A DNA stretch of 64,000 bases from an uncultured Nitrospiraceae bacterium (GTDB lineage Bacteria; Nitrospirota; Nitrospiria; Nitrospirales; Nitrospiraceae): the NCBI GenBank assembly GCA_963730935.1, contig CAVSTP010000004.1, positions 832,001 to 896,000 on the forward strand, read 5' to 3'. The first letter of the stretch is position 1; each line of letters begins with the position of its first letter. Both the position numbers and the translations under genes were made by a program. Below the pieces are notes generated by a model, which was not told where the DNA came from, did no database searches, and worked only from the letters and a program-made list of their open reading frames with translations. Below are positions 9,057 through 18,874 of this stretch, piece after piece.

Positions 9057-9599
9057 CTAAGGCGTAATATTTGTGTATTCCTCATACGGGTCTGGAGTTC
9101 TCTCCCCCCGTCCCACCCATACAATCGCCCTTTTGTCCCTGAGTGCGCTTGCAAGGTTTTGGCTCAGGCGCACTTGATAGTTGTATTTTCCCTGATTCGC
9201 GAAACAGAGGCTGGCAGAAGAGTTCGGTTCGATAAGAGCAGAAAGGGCAATGTGCTCTTCTGTCTTGAACCCTGTGTTACATGAAATTCGGTTCGCAACT
9301 GATGATGGGAAACTGATGACAATCGGCTCAGTCAATGTGTTACGCCATTGCACCTCATCTCCCAGCCCAACAAGGACTTGGCGAGGTTCCACCTCATGTG
9401 CCACATCAACGTTGCGTATTGTGCTTTTGCCCGTTGAAGGAGAGACAGAACTGCATCCCACCAAGAGCAGTCCGAGCGCGATATGAAGGAGGCCATTAGG
9501 TGTGAGAAGCCGTTCATACAATACGTGCGTCGCGTGGAGGGCCAGCTTGGCTAAAGTCTTTCCCCTCACAATGTCCCCTCTTTTATCGCCTCCTGGCAA
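9057..9599 (-). CDS. Putative lipoprotein, cupredoxin-like fold (start uncertain)
   Basis: Lipobox LVGC; GDEVQWRN, SLCF..GKYNY; stop 6 bp from repeat. Confidence 0.6.
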   Translation of the reverse strand: MPGGDKRGDIVRGKTLAKLALHATHVLYERLLTPNGLLHIALGLLLVGCSSVSPSTGKSTIRNVDVAHEVEPRQVLVGLGDEVQWRNTLTEPIVISFPSSVANRISCNTGFKTEEHIALSALIEPNSSASLCFANQGKYNYQVRLSQNLASALRDKRAIVWVGRGERTPDPYEEYTNITP

Positions 9600-9842
9600 G
9601 ACAGGGCGGCAAAATACAGCTTAATCCCTACCGGTGTCAGAAATCGAGACAGCTCTCTCACAAACTGTGAATCATTTCGATACCAGGAAGAGTACGCTTT
9701 CTGATTCAGCACGTATTTCCTCATTGCGACTCCCTCATCAGATTTCTTGCGTTTATCTTCCAATTCCCGCTCCGCATGAGCGGCATTCTGCTTGCTCATA
9801 GTACTCCGACAGAAGGCTCACATCATGAAGTCCTGAGGCACA

Positions 9843-10388
9843 ATGATCCAGACTGTTGTCGCTATCACGGCCTTATGCATCTTCTTACATGGAAGGAATC
9901 TGCTTGCAGCCGAGTTCAAGGCCACCGTGACTCGCGTGATCGATGGCGACAGCCTTGAGGTCTCACATGATAATCGTGCATTGACCATTCGACTGCATGG
10001 CGTTGACGCGCCGGAGATCAGCCAACCTTACGGACGCATTGCCATGGTTGCGGTCTTCCGCCAAGTATTTGGGAAGGTCGTCAGAATAGAGACGCATGGG
10101 TTGGATGCGCATGGCCGAACGATTGGAGACGTCTATTTGCCGGATGACACGCTGCTCAATCAGGAAATGGTGAGACTAGGACTCGCTTGGTGGTACTGTA
10201 AGCACTCTCACGATGAAGGTCTCCGCCAACTCGAACTTGAGGCCCGGGAGGCGAAGCTCGGTCTATGGAAAGACTCTGAAGCCAGTCCGCCTTGGATCTT
10301 CCGCCAACGTTATGGTATCGGCCTGGATTATTTTGATGGACGTTGCTTTCCCACAATACGTCTCACAGAAATAAACGCTGCAGAATAG
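9843..10388 (+). CDS. Thermonuclease (SNase) family protein
   Basis: RVIDGDS, IRLHGVDAPE, EAREAKLGLW. Confidence 0.9.
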   Translation: MIQTVVAITALCIFLHGRNLLAAEFKATVTRVIDGDSLEVSHDNRALTIRLHGVDAPEISQPYGRIAMVAVFRQVFGKVVRIETHGLDAHGRTIGDVYLPDDTLLNQEMVRLGLAWWYCKHSHDEGLRQLELEAREAKLGLWKDSEASPPWIFRQRYGIGLDYFDGRCFPTIRLTEINAAE

Positions 10389-10421
10389 CAACGAAACAAA
10401 GACGGCAGTTTTAAGAATTAG

Positions 10422-10460
10422 AAAAGGTGTCAGGAACCATTTCGCGGCGCGTAACGGACC
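10422..10460 (+). repeat. Array repeat copy
   Basis: AAAAGGTGTCAGGAACCATTTCGCGGCGCGTAACGGACC. Confidence 0.9.
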
Positions 10461-10673
10461 AACGAACTGTGCACTGTTTGCGTTGCCGGGGTATGGACGC
10501 GGAGAACGTGACGGCGTAGAGTATCGACGGTCGAATATCCCGCCTACCGCCTGTGGGGGGACCCTCTTTGTGGAAATCACTCGCAGCAACGGCCACGTTC
10601 ACTATCGCAATGATCTCCCCTGCTTCTCTTCTTACCAACAGGCCCGATTGAAAGGCATTTGAAAGGCATTCCC

Positions 10674-11465
10674 ATGGAGCTAGATCTTAAAGATAAAGTG
10701 ATCGTTGTGACGGGTGCCAGCAAAGGCATCGGCCTGGCTGTGGTCAAAGTGTTGGCCCGAGAGGGTGCTCGCATCGTCGCGGGCAGCCGGACCACGACTT
10801 CAGAACTCACCAGTCTACGTGATATGCACGATCTCACAGTGATTACGGTGGACCTCGCGACGGCCAACGGTCCCACCTCACTGATTGACGCGGCAGCGAA
10901 ACGGCACGGGAAGATCGACGTGTTAATAAACAATGTCGGCATCGCGAGTCCACGCTCAGGTTTTCTTGACATCAGTGATGATGAATGGCAGCGAGTGTTT
11001 AACCTCACTTTCTTCAGCGCAGTGCGTGCGACTCGTGCGGCACTGCCCCATCTTGTCGCCAGTCGAGGCGCGATCATCAACGTCGGTTCGATCAACGCTC
11101 GATTGCCGTTTCCGATGGTGGTGGACTACTCGGCGGCAAAAGCTGCTCTCTCCAACCTGAGCAAGGCACTTTCTGAGGAATTCGCGCCGCGCGGCGTACG
11201 GGTGAATGTGGTCGCCCCCGGCCCAGTACGCACCCCCTTCTGGACGGATCCAGGCGGGTTTGCCGATGTCGTCGCCTCTGGCTCTGGCGTCAGCGCCAAA
11301 ACCGCTCTCGACGAAACCGTACCGCGCAATATGGGAATCTCTACAGGCCGCGTCACTGAGGCGGATGAGGTTGCCGGCCTTGTGGCCTACCTTGCTTCGT
11401 CGCGTGCTGCCAACATTACCGGAGCCGAATTCGTCATCGACGGCGGTCAGGTTAAGACCACCTGA
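10674..11465 (+). CDS. SDR family oxidoreductase
   Basis: TGASKGIG, YSAAK. Confidence 0.9.
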   Translation: MELDLKDKVIVVTGASKGIGLAVVKVLAREGARIVAGSRTTTSELTSLRDMHDLTVITVDLATANGPTSLIDAAAKRHGKIDVLINNVGIASPRSGFLDISDDEWQRVFNLTFFSAVRATRAALPHLVASRGAIINVGSINARLPFPMVVDYSAAKAALSNLSKALSEEFAPRGVRVNVVAPGPVRTPFWTDPGGFADVVASGSGVSAKTALDETVPRNMGISTGRVTEADEVAGLVAYLASSRAANITGAEFVIDGGQVKTT

Positions 11466-11466
11466 T

Positions 11467-11488
11467 AACCGTTTCGCGGCGTGTGACG
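11467..11488 (+). repeat. Array repeat copy abutting stop codon
   Basis: AACCGTTTCGCGGCGTGTGACG. Confidence 0.75.
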
Positions 11489-11547
11489 TCACCCCCTCCC
11501 CCTACTTCTCGATGGAACAAGGCTGCGTGGAGACGTAGAATGCGGCG

Positions 11548-11874
11548 ATGGCGCTGAACCTGCCCAAACCGATCGCCGAATATCTCGCTGCGGTTGAGGA
11601 TAAGAATTCGAACATACTAGCAGGGTGTTTCGCAGAAAACGCCGTCGTGCACGACGAAGGCGGGACCTATCGCGGGCGAGATGCGATCAAGGCCTGGAGT
11701 GAAGAGACACAGGGCAAGTACAACTATACGATGGATGCCCTGGATGCCTCAGTTGCCGGAGACACCGTCCGCCTCCGGGCCAAAATAACCGGCAGCTTCC
11801 TAGGCAGTCCGATAGAACTCGACTACCTCTTTATGCTCGCGAACGATAAGATCGCCTCACTCAAGATTGAATAA
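11548..11874 (+). CDS. SnoaL/NTF2-like protein, probably leaderless
   Basis: FAENAVVHDEG..YRGRDAI; TAGAAT 6 nt before ATG. Confidence 0.8.
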   Translation: MALNLPKPIAEYLAAVEDKNSNILAGCFAENAVVHDEGGTYRGRDAIKAWSEETQGKYNYTMDALDASVAGDTVRLRAKITGSFLGSPIELDYLFMLANDKIASLKIE

Positions 11875-11875
11875 G

Positions 11876-11900
11876 CCATTTCGCGGCGCATGGCGGGCCG
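11876..11900 (+). repeat. Array repeat copy abutting two convergent stops
   Basis: CCATTTCGCGGCGCATGGCGGGCCG. Confidence 0.9.
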
Positions 11901-11904
11901 ACTC

Positions 11905-12360
11905 TTAGCTTAAAAGACGCGGATCAAAAGAGAATCCTATACCGGCGTCCCACGAGATCTTTGAAAAGTCCGGATGAAGAGGGTTAAGAACATAGTTCCA
12001 TTCATGCTCGATTACTACTGATGGAACCCTTAAGACGGGACTTTTAGCGTGGTTGGCCCAATCAGAACCCAGTTGCTGTAAACCTACGGGTATAATTTTA
12101 TCTTTCCAATCGACTGGCAAGTTAGCGGTATGGATGGTTTCCATCTTAAGACTATCTGGAATTGTCGCTCTTACACTGACCAATGCATCGGGGAGTAGGT
12201 CAGAATCAACATGAACGAGATATTCTAGAGCAGCAAGAGATAGCGTACCCGAGGTGTAAACTACTGGCGTTCCAGGTTTATTCCACCGTCCTCCATAACG
12301 TCGCGCCCCCTCTCCGTCCGGGGCAGTATGCTGCTTGAGCGTAAGTCGCCAAACAATCAC
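11905..12360 (-). CDS. RES-domain toxin (ParT/MbcT-like)
   Basis: GEGARRYGGRWN, YTSGTLSLAALEYLVH, VPSVVI..EWNYVLNPLHPDF. Confidence 0.9.
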   Translation of the reverse strand: MIVWRLTLKQHTAPDGEGARRYGGRWNKPGTPVVYTSGTLSLAALEYLVHVDSDLLPDALVSVRATIPDSLKMETIHTANLPVDWKDKIIPVGLQQLGSDWANHAKSPVLRVPSVVIEHEWNYVLNPLHPDFSKISWDAGIGFSFDPRLLS

Positions 12361-12794
12361 TAGCCAATGACGCCGTGCTCGATCCTTCCCAGCATCGTCT
12401 CAACTACTTGAGTGCCAAGGTCAGTATCGAGGAGTTCTATTGGAGCAGTCCCCTGTAGGACCCTATGAGGTCTGGTGAGCCAGGTGGAAGCCTTTTCTTC
12501 AGTACCAAAAACATTACTGGCGTATGTCAAGATTCTGGCTAAGCGTGCTAAGCGATCGGATTCCTGTGCGGTCAGCCGTTGCTCTGCCTTCCGCCGGGCC
12601 ATTGTACGTTGTGGCACGCTAAGAATCTTGCTCATTCGAGGTAAATCTAGATGAAATTTGGAGAGAACAAATTCGAGCGATCGATATGGGAAGCCTTTAT
12701 GAATGATCGCACGAACATCTTCAGTCGATTGAACCTGTCGCTTAAAAACGCTGGCTCCGCCCAACGTTTTGAATAGCTCTTCAGCTTGAGGCAT
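12360..12794 (-). CDS. Xre/MbcA/ParS-like antitoxin (DUF2384)
   Basis: RTMARRK, ESDRLARLARI, WLTRPH..L...PIELLDTDLG..V. Confidence 0.9.
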   Translation of the reverse strand: MPQAEELFKTLGGASVFKRQVQSTEDVRAIIHKGFPYRSLEFVLSKFHLDLPRMSKILSVPQRTMARRKAEQRLTAQESDRLARLARILTYASNVFGTEEKASTWLTRPHRVLQGTAPIELLDTDLGTQVVETMLGRIEHGVIG

Positions 12795-12807
12795 GGCTCC
12801 CCTTCAT

Positions 12808-12850
12808 TGTCATATGGCCTAATAATAATGCCAAATGGCACCTTTGTCAA
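12808..12850 (-). promoter_or_regulatory. TA promoter with palindromic operator
   Basis: TTGACA (12850-12845)-N17-TATTAT; TGCCA-AA-TGGCA palindrome at 12829-12840 and a degenerate copy at 12808-12819. Confidence 0.6.
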
Positions 12851-12877
12851 TATGAGAGAAGAAGGGGAGCCTACGAG

Positions 12878-13234
12878 CTATATAGTTGGTTGCCAAACAC
12901 TTTCTACCCGTGCAATGCGGTTCAGTACTCCTCCGTCTTCGAGTCCCATGACATAACGCTGTAATACAACGGACGGACTACACTGATACAGGAACGTTCT
13001 ATCTCTACGGAATAGAGCGTCCCTAAGACCATCCTCTTCTGCACACCATTCTTCCAGTTCAAGCTCCGTACGCGCTGTCACTTGTTGCTTTTGACACCAG
13101 TGAATGCGCGCCACAATCGAGTTGCTGGTCCGTGTCGCGTGATCCACGTTGATGGGATTACGAGAGTCATTAAAAGCATGAACCGGAGCTGGCACCAGCT
13201 CTTCGGCATTCATCGGAGCGAGTAAACGGCTCAT
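12878..13234 (-). CDS. Hypothetical protein (paralog of 23638-23979)
   Basis: RI.WC...ART..E.E.W..E..GL.DAL motif shared. Confidence 0.6.
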   Translation of the reverse strand: MSRLLAPMNAEELVPAPVHAFNDSRNPINVDHATRTSNSIVARIHWCQKQQVTARTELELEEWCAEEDGLRDALFRRDRTFLYQCSPSVVLQRYVMGLEDGGVLNRIARVESVWQPTI

Positions 13235-13639
13235 GATGAACCTCCATGTAGTCAGCAGATTGGAAGCCGCTCGTCTTGCTTGCTAAGCACGTGATGACAA
13301 GATAGACGGCAGCGGGGAAACTTCACTACAAGGAGTCAGTTGGAGGATCGGTCTGAGAAGGGCTCGACATATAGCGATGATGTTCCTTGGCAGGCATGCT
13401 GAGGCCTAATAGGTCTGATTTTACATCAGGACTCGCAAAACTTAAGCCAGCCGCTACATAGGGTAAATGAACCAGTTTCTCGCGCGTTAAACCATTGTCT
13501 GTCGTGGATATGCTGCAGACCGTGTGCACAACTGTTGGTTTTTTGCTTGAGGCACGCCAAGCCTAGTCAGCTTTTCTCTGACTTCAGCACAGACCACACT
13601 TGTGGAGCCAGACCGAATAGAAGGGGTCGTTGGTTTGTA

Positions 13640-13664
13640 GAACCATTCGCGACGCGTGGCGGGC
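13640..13664 (+). repeat. Array repeat copy
   Basis: GAACCATTCGCGACGCGTGGCGGGC. Confidence 0.85.
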
Positions 13665-13716
13665 ATTTCTAAGTTACTTCCTTGGATGGAATCTGTGACT
13701 GGCCTGAACGGCCGCT

Positions 13717-14169
13717 TTACATTCTACGCAGTGAATCTACAAAAAAATCAATCTGAGCGTCAGCCCTTTTAAGAAAAAAGCTCCTGTTGACATATAACTC
13801 TTCTTTCAAACGAGCGGCATGTTGCTCCGATATACCGCCTATATTCATCTTGTGCAGGTCCTCACACCGTTCGTTAGACACATACGCCTTCACTTGGTCC
13901 TTCAACTCCCCGGCTAAGGTGTCACTGAAAGGAATCTGAAGCTCCGAAATCAATTCGGTCTGTAACACCACCGCAGCCGTTATGATTTTCTTCACAAGGT
14001 GAATGTCGACTTGACTCCGAAGCCCTGCTGTAGAAGAGGTGGATACTTCCCCGCGTCGAACAGCGTCAGCATCGGCTTTTGAGAATTCAATGGACGACTC
14101 TTTCCTCAGTTCGACAAGCTTTGATCTCATCATTTGCTGAAATCGATTATTAAACATCTTCGGAAGCAC
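13717..14169 (-). CDS. Hypothetical protein (AT-richer unit)
   Basis: 150-aa ORF with GGAGG RBS. Confidence 0.6.
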   Translation of the reverse strand: MLPKMFNNRFQQMMRSKLVELRKESSIEFSKADADAVRRGEVSTSSTAGLRSQVDIHLVKKIITAAVVLQTELISELQIPFSDTLAGELKDQVKAYVSNERCEDLHKMNIGGISEQHAARLKEELYVNRSFFLKRADAQIDFFVDSLRRM

Positions 14170-14254
14170 TTTCGGTTACCTCCTGGAACCAGCTTACAAC
14201 AGCGATAGGATCCTTGCCACACCGACCAGTCTCATGTTGTTCAAGAGGACAGGC

Positions 14255-14297
14255 GGGGACAGCCTACTTTACTAAGTGCATTCCGCGGCGCGTAACG
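14255..14297 (+). repeat. Array repeat copy with GGGGACAG.CTACTTT upstream motif
   Basis: GGGGACAGCCTACTTTACTAAGTGCATTCCGCGGCGCGTAACG. Confidence 0.8.
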
Positions 14298-14425
14298 CTT
14301 TCCTGCTCAACTTTTCCCCACAATCGCATTGGGATGAAGAATATTGCTCTGACTTTGCGGTAGATTGGACCACGCAGGCGCAAGCCGGGCCATTGCCTGT
14401 TCCTCATACCCAAAGGGATCAATCC

Positions 14426-14920
14426 ATGCGCTGCATGTCTATGCTCGTGTTGACTGTTGCAAACCTCATCGCGGCCTCCCCTGTCTACGCACTCGATGTC
14501 TGCTCGCTGGTTTCTCGATCAGAGATGGCCGCTGCCATTGGCGAGGCAATTTCCTCCGCAAAGCTCGACGGCCCAGATGAGGATCAAGCCAGCGGTTCAC
14601 AGGCGTGGACGTGTACCTACGGTTTGGCCAAGGGTGTCCTGGTTGTGAGCGTGGCAGAGTTTGCCTCTACTAGTGCGGCGAGAAACTTTGTGACCTTGGA
14701 AAACCTTCAAAAGGAATTGAAGGATGTACAAATCCAAGTCACGGAAGAGAGTGGTATCGGGGATCGTGCATTTCTGCTTACCGATGAAGAAGGCATCACC
14801 TTAACTGTCCTTAAAGGGGCCAGGTACTACGCCGTGACAGCAGGAGGGCACAAGTTTCCGCCGGATCGCCTGAAAGCCTCGCTACGAAAGATCGCCAACA
14901 TACTGCTACCAAGGCTCTAG
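14426..14920 (+). CDS. Exported protein, DUF3558-like
   Basis: Signal peptide; DVCSLVS, CTY, SGIGDRAF. Confidence 0.6.
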   Translation: MRCMSMLVLTVANLIAASPVYALDVCSLVSRSEMAAAIGEAISSAKLDGPDEDQASGSQAWTCTYGLAKGVLVVSVAEFASTSAARNFVTLENLQKELKDVQIQVTEESGIGDRAFLLTDEEGITLTVLKGARYYAVTAGGHKFPPDRLKASLRKIANILLPRL

Positions 14921-14961
14921 CCGTAACCCCGGAGTGTTGCGATCAGATGTTGACACTCTAG

Positions 14962-14993
14962 GTCCGAAAATTTCCCGGTGCGAGGCGGGCCGG
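14962..14993 (+). repeat. Degenerate array repeat copy
   Basis: GTCCGAAAATTTCCCGGTGCGAGGCGGGCCGG. Confidence 0.65.
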
Positions 14994-15161
14994 CACATTC
15001 TTCGCTTGCCCTCCCCGTTCATTCCATAGCCTTTAGAGAGGTGCCTCTCTACCTCAGCGCAATGGAATCTCGCATTGCTTCCGATCATCTCAAGATACTA
15101 TGATGCTTCCCAAGGCTGCTCATTGATGAGGGCCATCCATTCGATAGCTAGGAGGATGCAC

Positions 15162-15692
15162 ATGCGAAGCATGCAGAAAGTCGCTGGGTTCGTGGTCGCG
15201 GCCGTAGTCAGCGGAGCCGTCTTGCTGGGAACGGCCAGCTTAGCTGTAGCGGATGAAAAAGGGAAGGGACAGGAAGCGCACAAACACTTCAAGGGCGAAG
15301 TCATCGAAAAGGGCGGCGCACTGGCCATTAAAACACAAGAAGGGACCACTTACCAGCTCAGTGAAAATGAGGCACGTCGCCAAGGTCGCGCGTTCAAAGT
15401 CGGCGACAAGGTCGAGGTGTCGGTCAACGAGAACAACGCCATCGTGGACGTGCACCTGGAAGGAGAAAAGGCCGAGCATAAGTTTGTGACGGGAAAGCTC
15501 GTACACGTTGGCAAAATGAAGAAAGAGATCAAGCTGCAAACGGCGGAGGGCGACCAAACCTTTCCGCTCCTCCTGCAGGAGACGAAAACCGGAGGCCTTG
15601 CCGAAGGAACAGAAGTCACTGTTGAGTTGAACGAGGCAGGAACGGTCATCGATTTGCACAAAGGCAAGCACGTTAGTCAAAAGAAACAGTGA
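15162..15692 (+). CDS. Exported hypothetical protein with two beta-barrel-like repeats
   Basis: Signal peptide; GDKVEVSVNENNAIVDVH / GTEVTVELNEAGTVIDLH. Confidence 0.7.
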   Translation: MRSMQKVAGFVVAAVVSGAVLLGTASLAVADEKGKGQEAHKHFKGEVIEKGGALAIKTQEGTTYQLSENEARRQGRAFKVGDKVEVSVNENNAIVDVHLEGEKAEHKFVTGKLVHVGKMKKEIKLQTAEGDQTFPLLLQETKTGGLAEGTEVTVELNEAGTVIDLHKGKHVSQKKQ

Positions 15693-15736
15693 CCCACGCC
15701 AAAGCACTTACCTGCTTCTGAGTTTAGAAAACACAC

Positions 15737-15777
15737 GCCCCGTCACGTGTCATAAGGCGTGACGGGGCCCTGTTTTT
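15737..15777 (+). terminator. Intrinsic terminator
   Basis: GCCCCGTCACG-loop-CGTGACGGGGC followed by T-run, between convergent genes. Confidence 0.75.
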
Positions 15778-15810
15778 CGAGGGTCAATGGGATGAAAAAT
15801 GGATCGAGGA

Positions 15811-16161
15811 TTACAGCCGGCACTGATCCTTCGAAGGAATGCAGCAGATCATCTGGACCGGGGCGCTGGGATCCGCCATAAAGCAGTGCTGCTCGTTCGG
15901 AGCGATGTAGACTGAATCCCCAGGCTTGAACAGTGTTTCTTTTCCTTCTGCTCGCACCCGTCCCGTTCCTGAAATAATATAGACTTCGTGCTCCCAGGCA
16001 TGCGTGTGGTAGGGCGTGGCGGCGCCTGCCGTCACGTCGAAGACTCGCATGGCGAAGGTTGGGGCACCGTCCTGCGCCGTGATCATCTCGCGAACCTGTA
16101 CACCGTCAGACAATCCCTGATACCTGCTTGGCGAGACATCGTTATAGGATTTGATTACCAT
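15811..16161 (-). CDS. Cupin domain protein
   Basis: TPYHTHAWEHEVYI, NEQHCF. Confidence 0.85.
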   Translation of the reverse strand: MVIKSYNDVSPSRYQGLSDGVQVREMITAQDGAPTFAMRVFDVTAGAATPYHTHAWEHEVYIISGTGRVRAEGKETLFKPGDSVYIAPNEQHCFMADPSAPVQMICCIPSKDQCRL

Positions 16162-16231
16162 CCGTCCTCCCTCCACACGACTCAGTCATGAGATATCTTT
16201 GCCGTTCCGTCCGCGCGAACGAGGTATCCTT

Positions 16232-16543
16232 TCACGAAGAGCGGTTCTCCCTTGTTTCTCGGATAGCTTCTTTGCCCGCCGTCATGGCAGCTTCGACATC
16301 GGCCTGCCTGTTCGTCACGAAGGTCTTGCTGCGTTCAATGACGTCGTCGAGTGCAACACGCACTTCTTTACCTGCCTTGATCAAGTCTTGCAGCTTCTTC
16401 TTCGCGTAGTCTTCCAATTCCCATCGGGTTTCTTGCCCTGACTTATCGGTCAAAAGAATTCCGGCAATGGCACCGACCACGACTCCTCCGAGAAAGGTGA
16501 TGAATAGGACTGGTCCTGAATGCCTGACGTTCTGATTGTCCAT
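16232..16543 (-). CDS. YtxH domain protein
   Basis: FLGGVVVGAIAGILL..KSGQETR. Confidence 0.75.
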   Translation of the reverse strand: MDNQNVRHSGPVLFITFLGGVVVGAIAGILLTDKSGQETRWELEDYAKKKLQDLIKAGKEVRVALDDVIERSKTFVTNRQADVEAAMTAGKEAIRETRENRSS

Positions 16544-16734
16544 GTTTATTCCTCCATCAGCTTCATTTTCGCCGGCCGGCTTGAGGTGTATAGCTATTCT
16601 ATGACTTATTGACAATAAATAGTAACGGGGCAGAACAAAGCCTCTGACTCTTAATCGGCGGGGAGGAGGGGTTTGTTTTTCAGAGGGTACTGACTAGTTA
16701 CCAGAGTTAGTTTGGTGATTTGAACCGTTAACGC

Positions 16735-17427
16735 CTAGCCATTGTCTTTCGGCATGGCGGCAATGAAGGAATCGGCTTCTTGAATGGACGCGTTTAGATC
16801 CTTAATGAGTGAATTGATGTTCCCTTCCACCGAGACCAGTTCGCCTTTTAATGACGCGATTGCTTGAGCGTTCAGGTTATGCTTGAGAAAAAGAACCTGG
16901 TCTTTGAACTTTGCCAATACCGGATCCATTTTAGACTCCGCCCGCTTCATGGCTTTGATCAATTGCGCATAGTGAGAGCGCGTCTGTGTCAGTTGCTCTT
17001 GGCTCTTCTTGCGCAACGCGGAACTAGAATACTGCTTGAGTTCGGCATTCCATTCCGTAAATAAAGCTTCAGACACCTCTTCCACAGACGCAATTCGATT
17101 TCGAACCGCTTTCGCTTTGGCTTCGCTCCGCTCGTATTCGGTATTCAGGGCCTCGTATTTCTCCTGTAACTCCCCGCCTTGGATATCCAAGGTTTTGGAG
17201 AAGCGGTCGAGAGCCGATTTGAATTGCTCTTTGGCTTCCTGCTGAGCGTCACGGGCTTTTTCTACATCGCGGACCATTAGGTCGCGCTTGTGATAGCCAA
17301 ACTTTTCCATCGTTTCATAGTAGGCTGTCTGGCAACTCAATCCGGTAAGACTGAAGAACACAATCGCATATGTCAGGAGAAAGGGCCGTCTGCGAACATG
17401 TGATGGAGAATATTGAAGATGCGTCAT
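16735..17427 (-). CDS. DUF2959 family lipoprotein
   Basis: CQTAYYETMEKFGYHKRD, LFLKHNLNAQAIASL. Confidence 0.85.
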   Translation of the reverse strand: MTHLQYSPSHVRRRPFLLTYAIVFFSLTGLSCQTAYYETMEKFGYHKRDLMVRDVEKARDAQQEAKEQFKSALDRFSKTLDIQGGELQEKYEALNTEYERSEAKAKAVRNRIASVEEVSEALFTEWNAELKQYSSSALRKKSQEQLTQTRSHYAQLIKAMKRAESKMDPVLAKFKDQVLFLKHNLNAQAIASLKGELVSVEGNINSLIKDLNASIQEADSFIAAMPKDNG

Positions 17428-17542
17428 GTCATCCTGTGCTAACGGTTCACGGTCAACGAGGGTACTCTATCACAACGCGCGCAGCAGCTTGTAGGTAGCC
17501 CCTTCGCTCAGACACCAATCAGGCGCCGGGAATCCTTGTTAC

Positions 17543-17572
17543 GGAAGCATTTCGCGGCGCGTGGCGGGCCGG
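17543..17572 (+). repeat. Array repeat copy
   Basis: GGAAGCATTTCGCGGCGCGTGGCGGGCCGG; TAGAAC-N17-TAGAAT at 17609-17637. Confidence 0.9.
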
Positions 17573-17740
17573 GTTCTCCATCTTTCTCATCACGTCCACT
17601 TCTCGCCGTAGAACTTTCTGCTTCGAAACCGTAGAATGCCACGTCTCTTGGACTTAGAAGAACCCAATGGCTCGTTTCACTCCCGTTTGTAGCAGGGCCT
17701 CATCTCACCGCGCGCTGCTCGCAGACAACAAGGAGGCAAT

Positions 17741-18301
17741 ATGAGTCTATACAAGAAATTCCGGATGAGGCCTCTCGTGGTTGGGTTGGCTATTGCCGTC
17801 CTTCGATTTGCTGGTCCCGCAAACAACGACGTGATCGCAGCAACGCTGCCTAAGGATCCCTGCGCGCTGCTCAAGCCCGCCGCGATTCAGACAGCCCTGG
17901 ATCCGAACAACAACATTGGCAGTGGAGTTCCGGATACCGGCATGCTTCCTATTGGTGTCGGCTGTACATACACGTGGGGACCCAGAACTAACGAATGGGG
18001 GCAATCCGCTCTCACAATCACCGTTATCGACGCATTGAAAGCCTGGCAGGGTCGTAGCCCCGATGTGATCCAGGATGGACTCCTTGCCAAGGCAAAAGCT
18101 GGTGGGCCGAACGCATCGCAGATTTCGGGCGTTGGCGACGCAGCGCTGTTCACCTTCGAAGCTCGTTCGTCAAATGCTACGGTAAAGGCATACTTCAAAG
18201 CAAAAGCCATCCATCTGTCGCTGATATTCCATCGAGGCGACTCTCTTCAAACCAAGGATAAAGTCATCGCGCTTCTGAAAGAAGCAGCAGCGAGGCTGTA
18301 G
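17741..18301 (+). CDS. Exported protein, DUF3558-like
   Basis: DPCALLK, CTY, ISGVGDAA; similar to 14426-14920. Confidence 0.6.
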   Translation: MSLYKKFRMRPLVVGLAIAVLRFAGPANNDVIAATLPKDPCALLKPAAIQTALDPNNNIGSGVPDTGMLPIGVGCTYTWGPRTNEWGQSALTITVIDALKAWQGRSPDVIQDGLLAKAKAGGPNASQISGVGDAALFTFEARSSNATVKAYFKAKAIHLSLIFHRGDSLQTKDKVIALLKEAAARL

Positions 18302-18361
18302 CATACGAAGGCGGAGAAATAGAGGGGGTCGACAATCTTTTCCCGATCAGAGGGGAAGAAG

Positions 18362-18399
18362 AAATGGTGCCAGAAACCATTTCGCAGCGCATGGCGGGC
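18362..18399 (+). repeat. Array repeat copy
   Basis: AAATGGTGCCAGAAACCATTTCGCAGCGCATGGCGGGC. Confidence 0.9.
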
Positions 18400-18448
18400 A
18401 GATTTTCTTCGTTTCTCTCATCCCGTGCAATGCTTTAGCAGTTACGAA

Positions 18449-18874
18449 ATGATGAATACGTCGCAGGCCAGACTTTATGGTGTTTTTCTCGCACTTCTGG
18501 TCATGCTGAATTCAGAAACGATCTGGGCGCAGACGAATGATACATCGCCTTCCGAAAATTTCGTGGCCAGCGATATGATCGCATCCCGTAGTCAAATATC
18601 TGCCTGGTGCGGCACATTCGCGAAACCCTGGGATCATGATAGCCAACCGGAGGTAAAGTACGGGAAGGTGCGGAATGACGTCACCGAAAAACCGGATATC
18701 AACGGCATGATGGTGGCTGAGGATATGCGGTGCCGTCAGTGCCACGGGAAATGCGAGGCCGACAGCCTGAGGTGCCGGAGTCAGTGTTTGAGCGATAGCG
18801 CCTGCTTAGTCCATTGTGAAGAGCGGTCAAGCAAGTGCACCGCCAGGTGCAAGGAACTATTTCAGTGCCAGTGA
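18449..18874 (+). CDS. Exported protein with Cys-rich C-terminus
   Basis: Signal peptide; CxxC/Cx3C repeats; stop codon overlaps the repeat. Confidence 0.6.
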   Translation: MMNTSQARLYGVFLALLVMLNSETIWAQTNDTSPSENFVASDMIASRSQISAWCGTFAKPWDHDSQPEVKYGKVRNDVTEKPDINGMMVAEDMRCRQCHGKCEADSLRCRSQCLSDSACLVHCEERSSKCTARCKELFQCQ

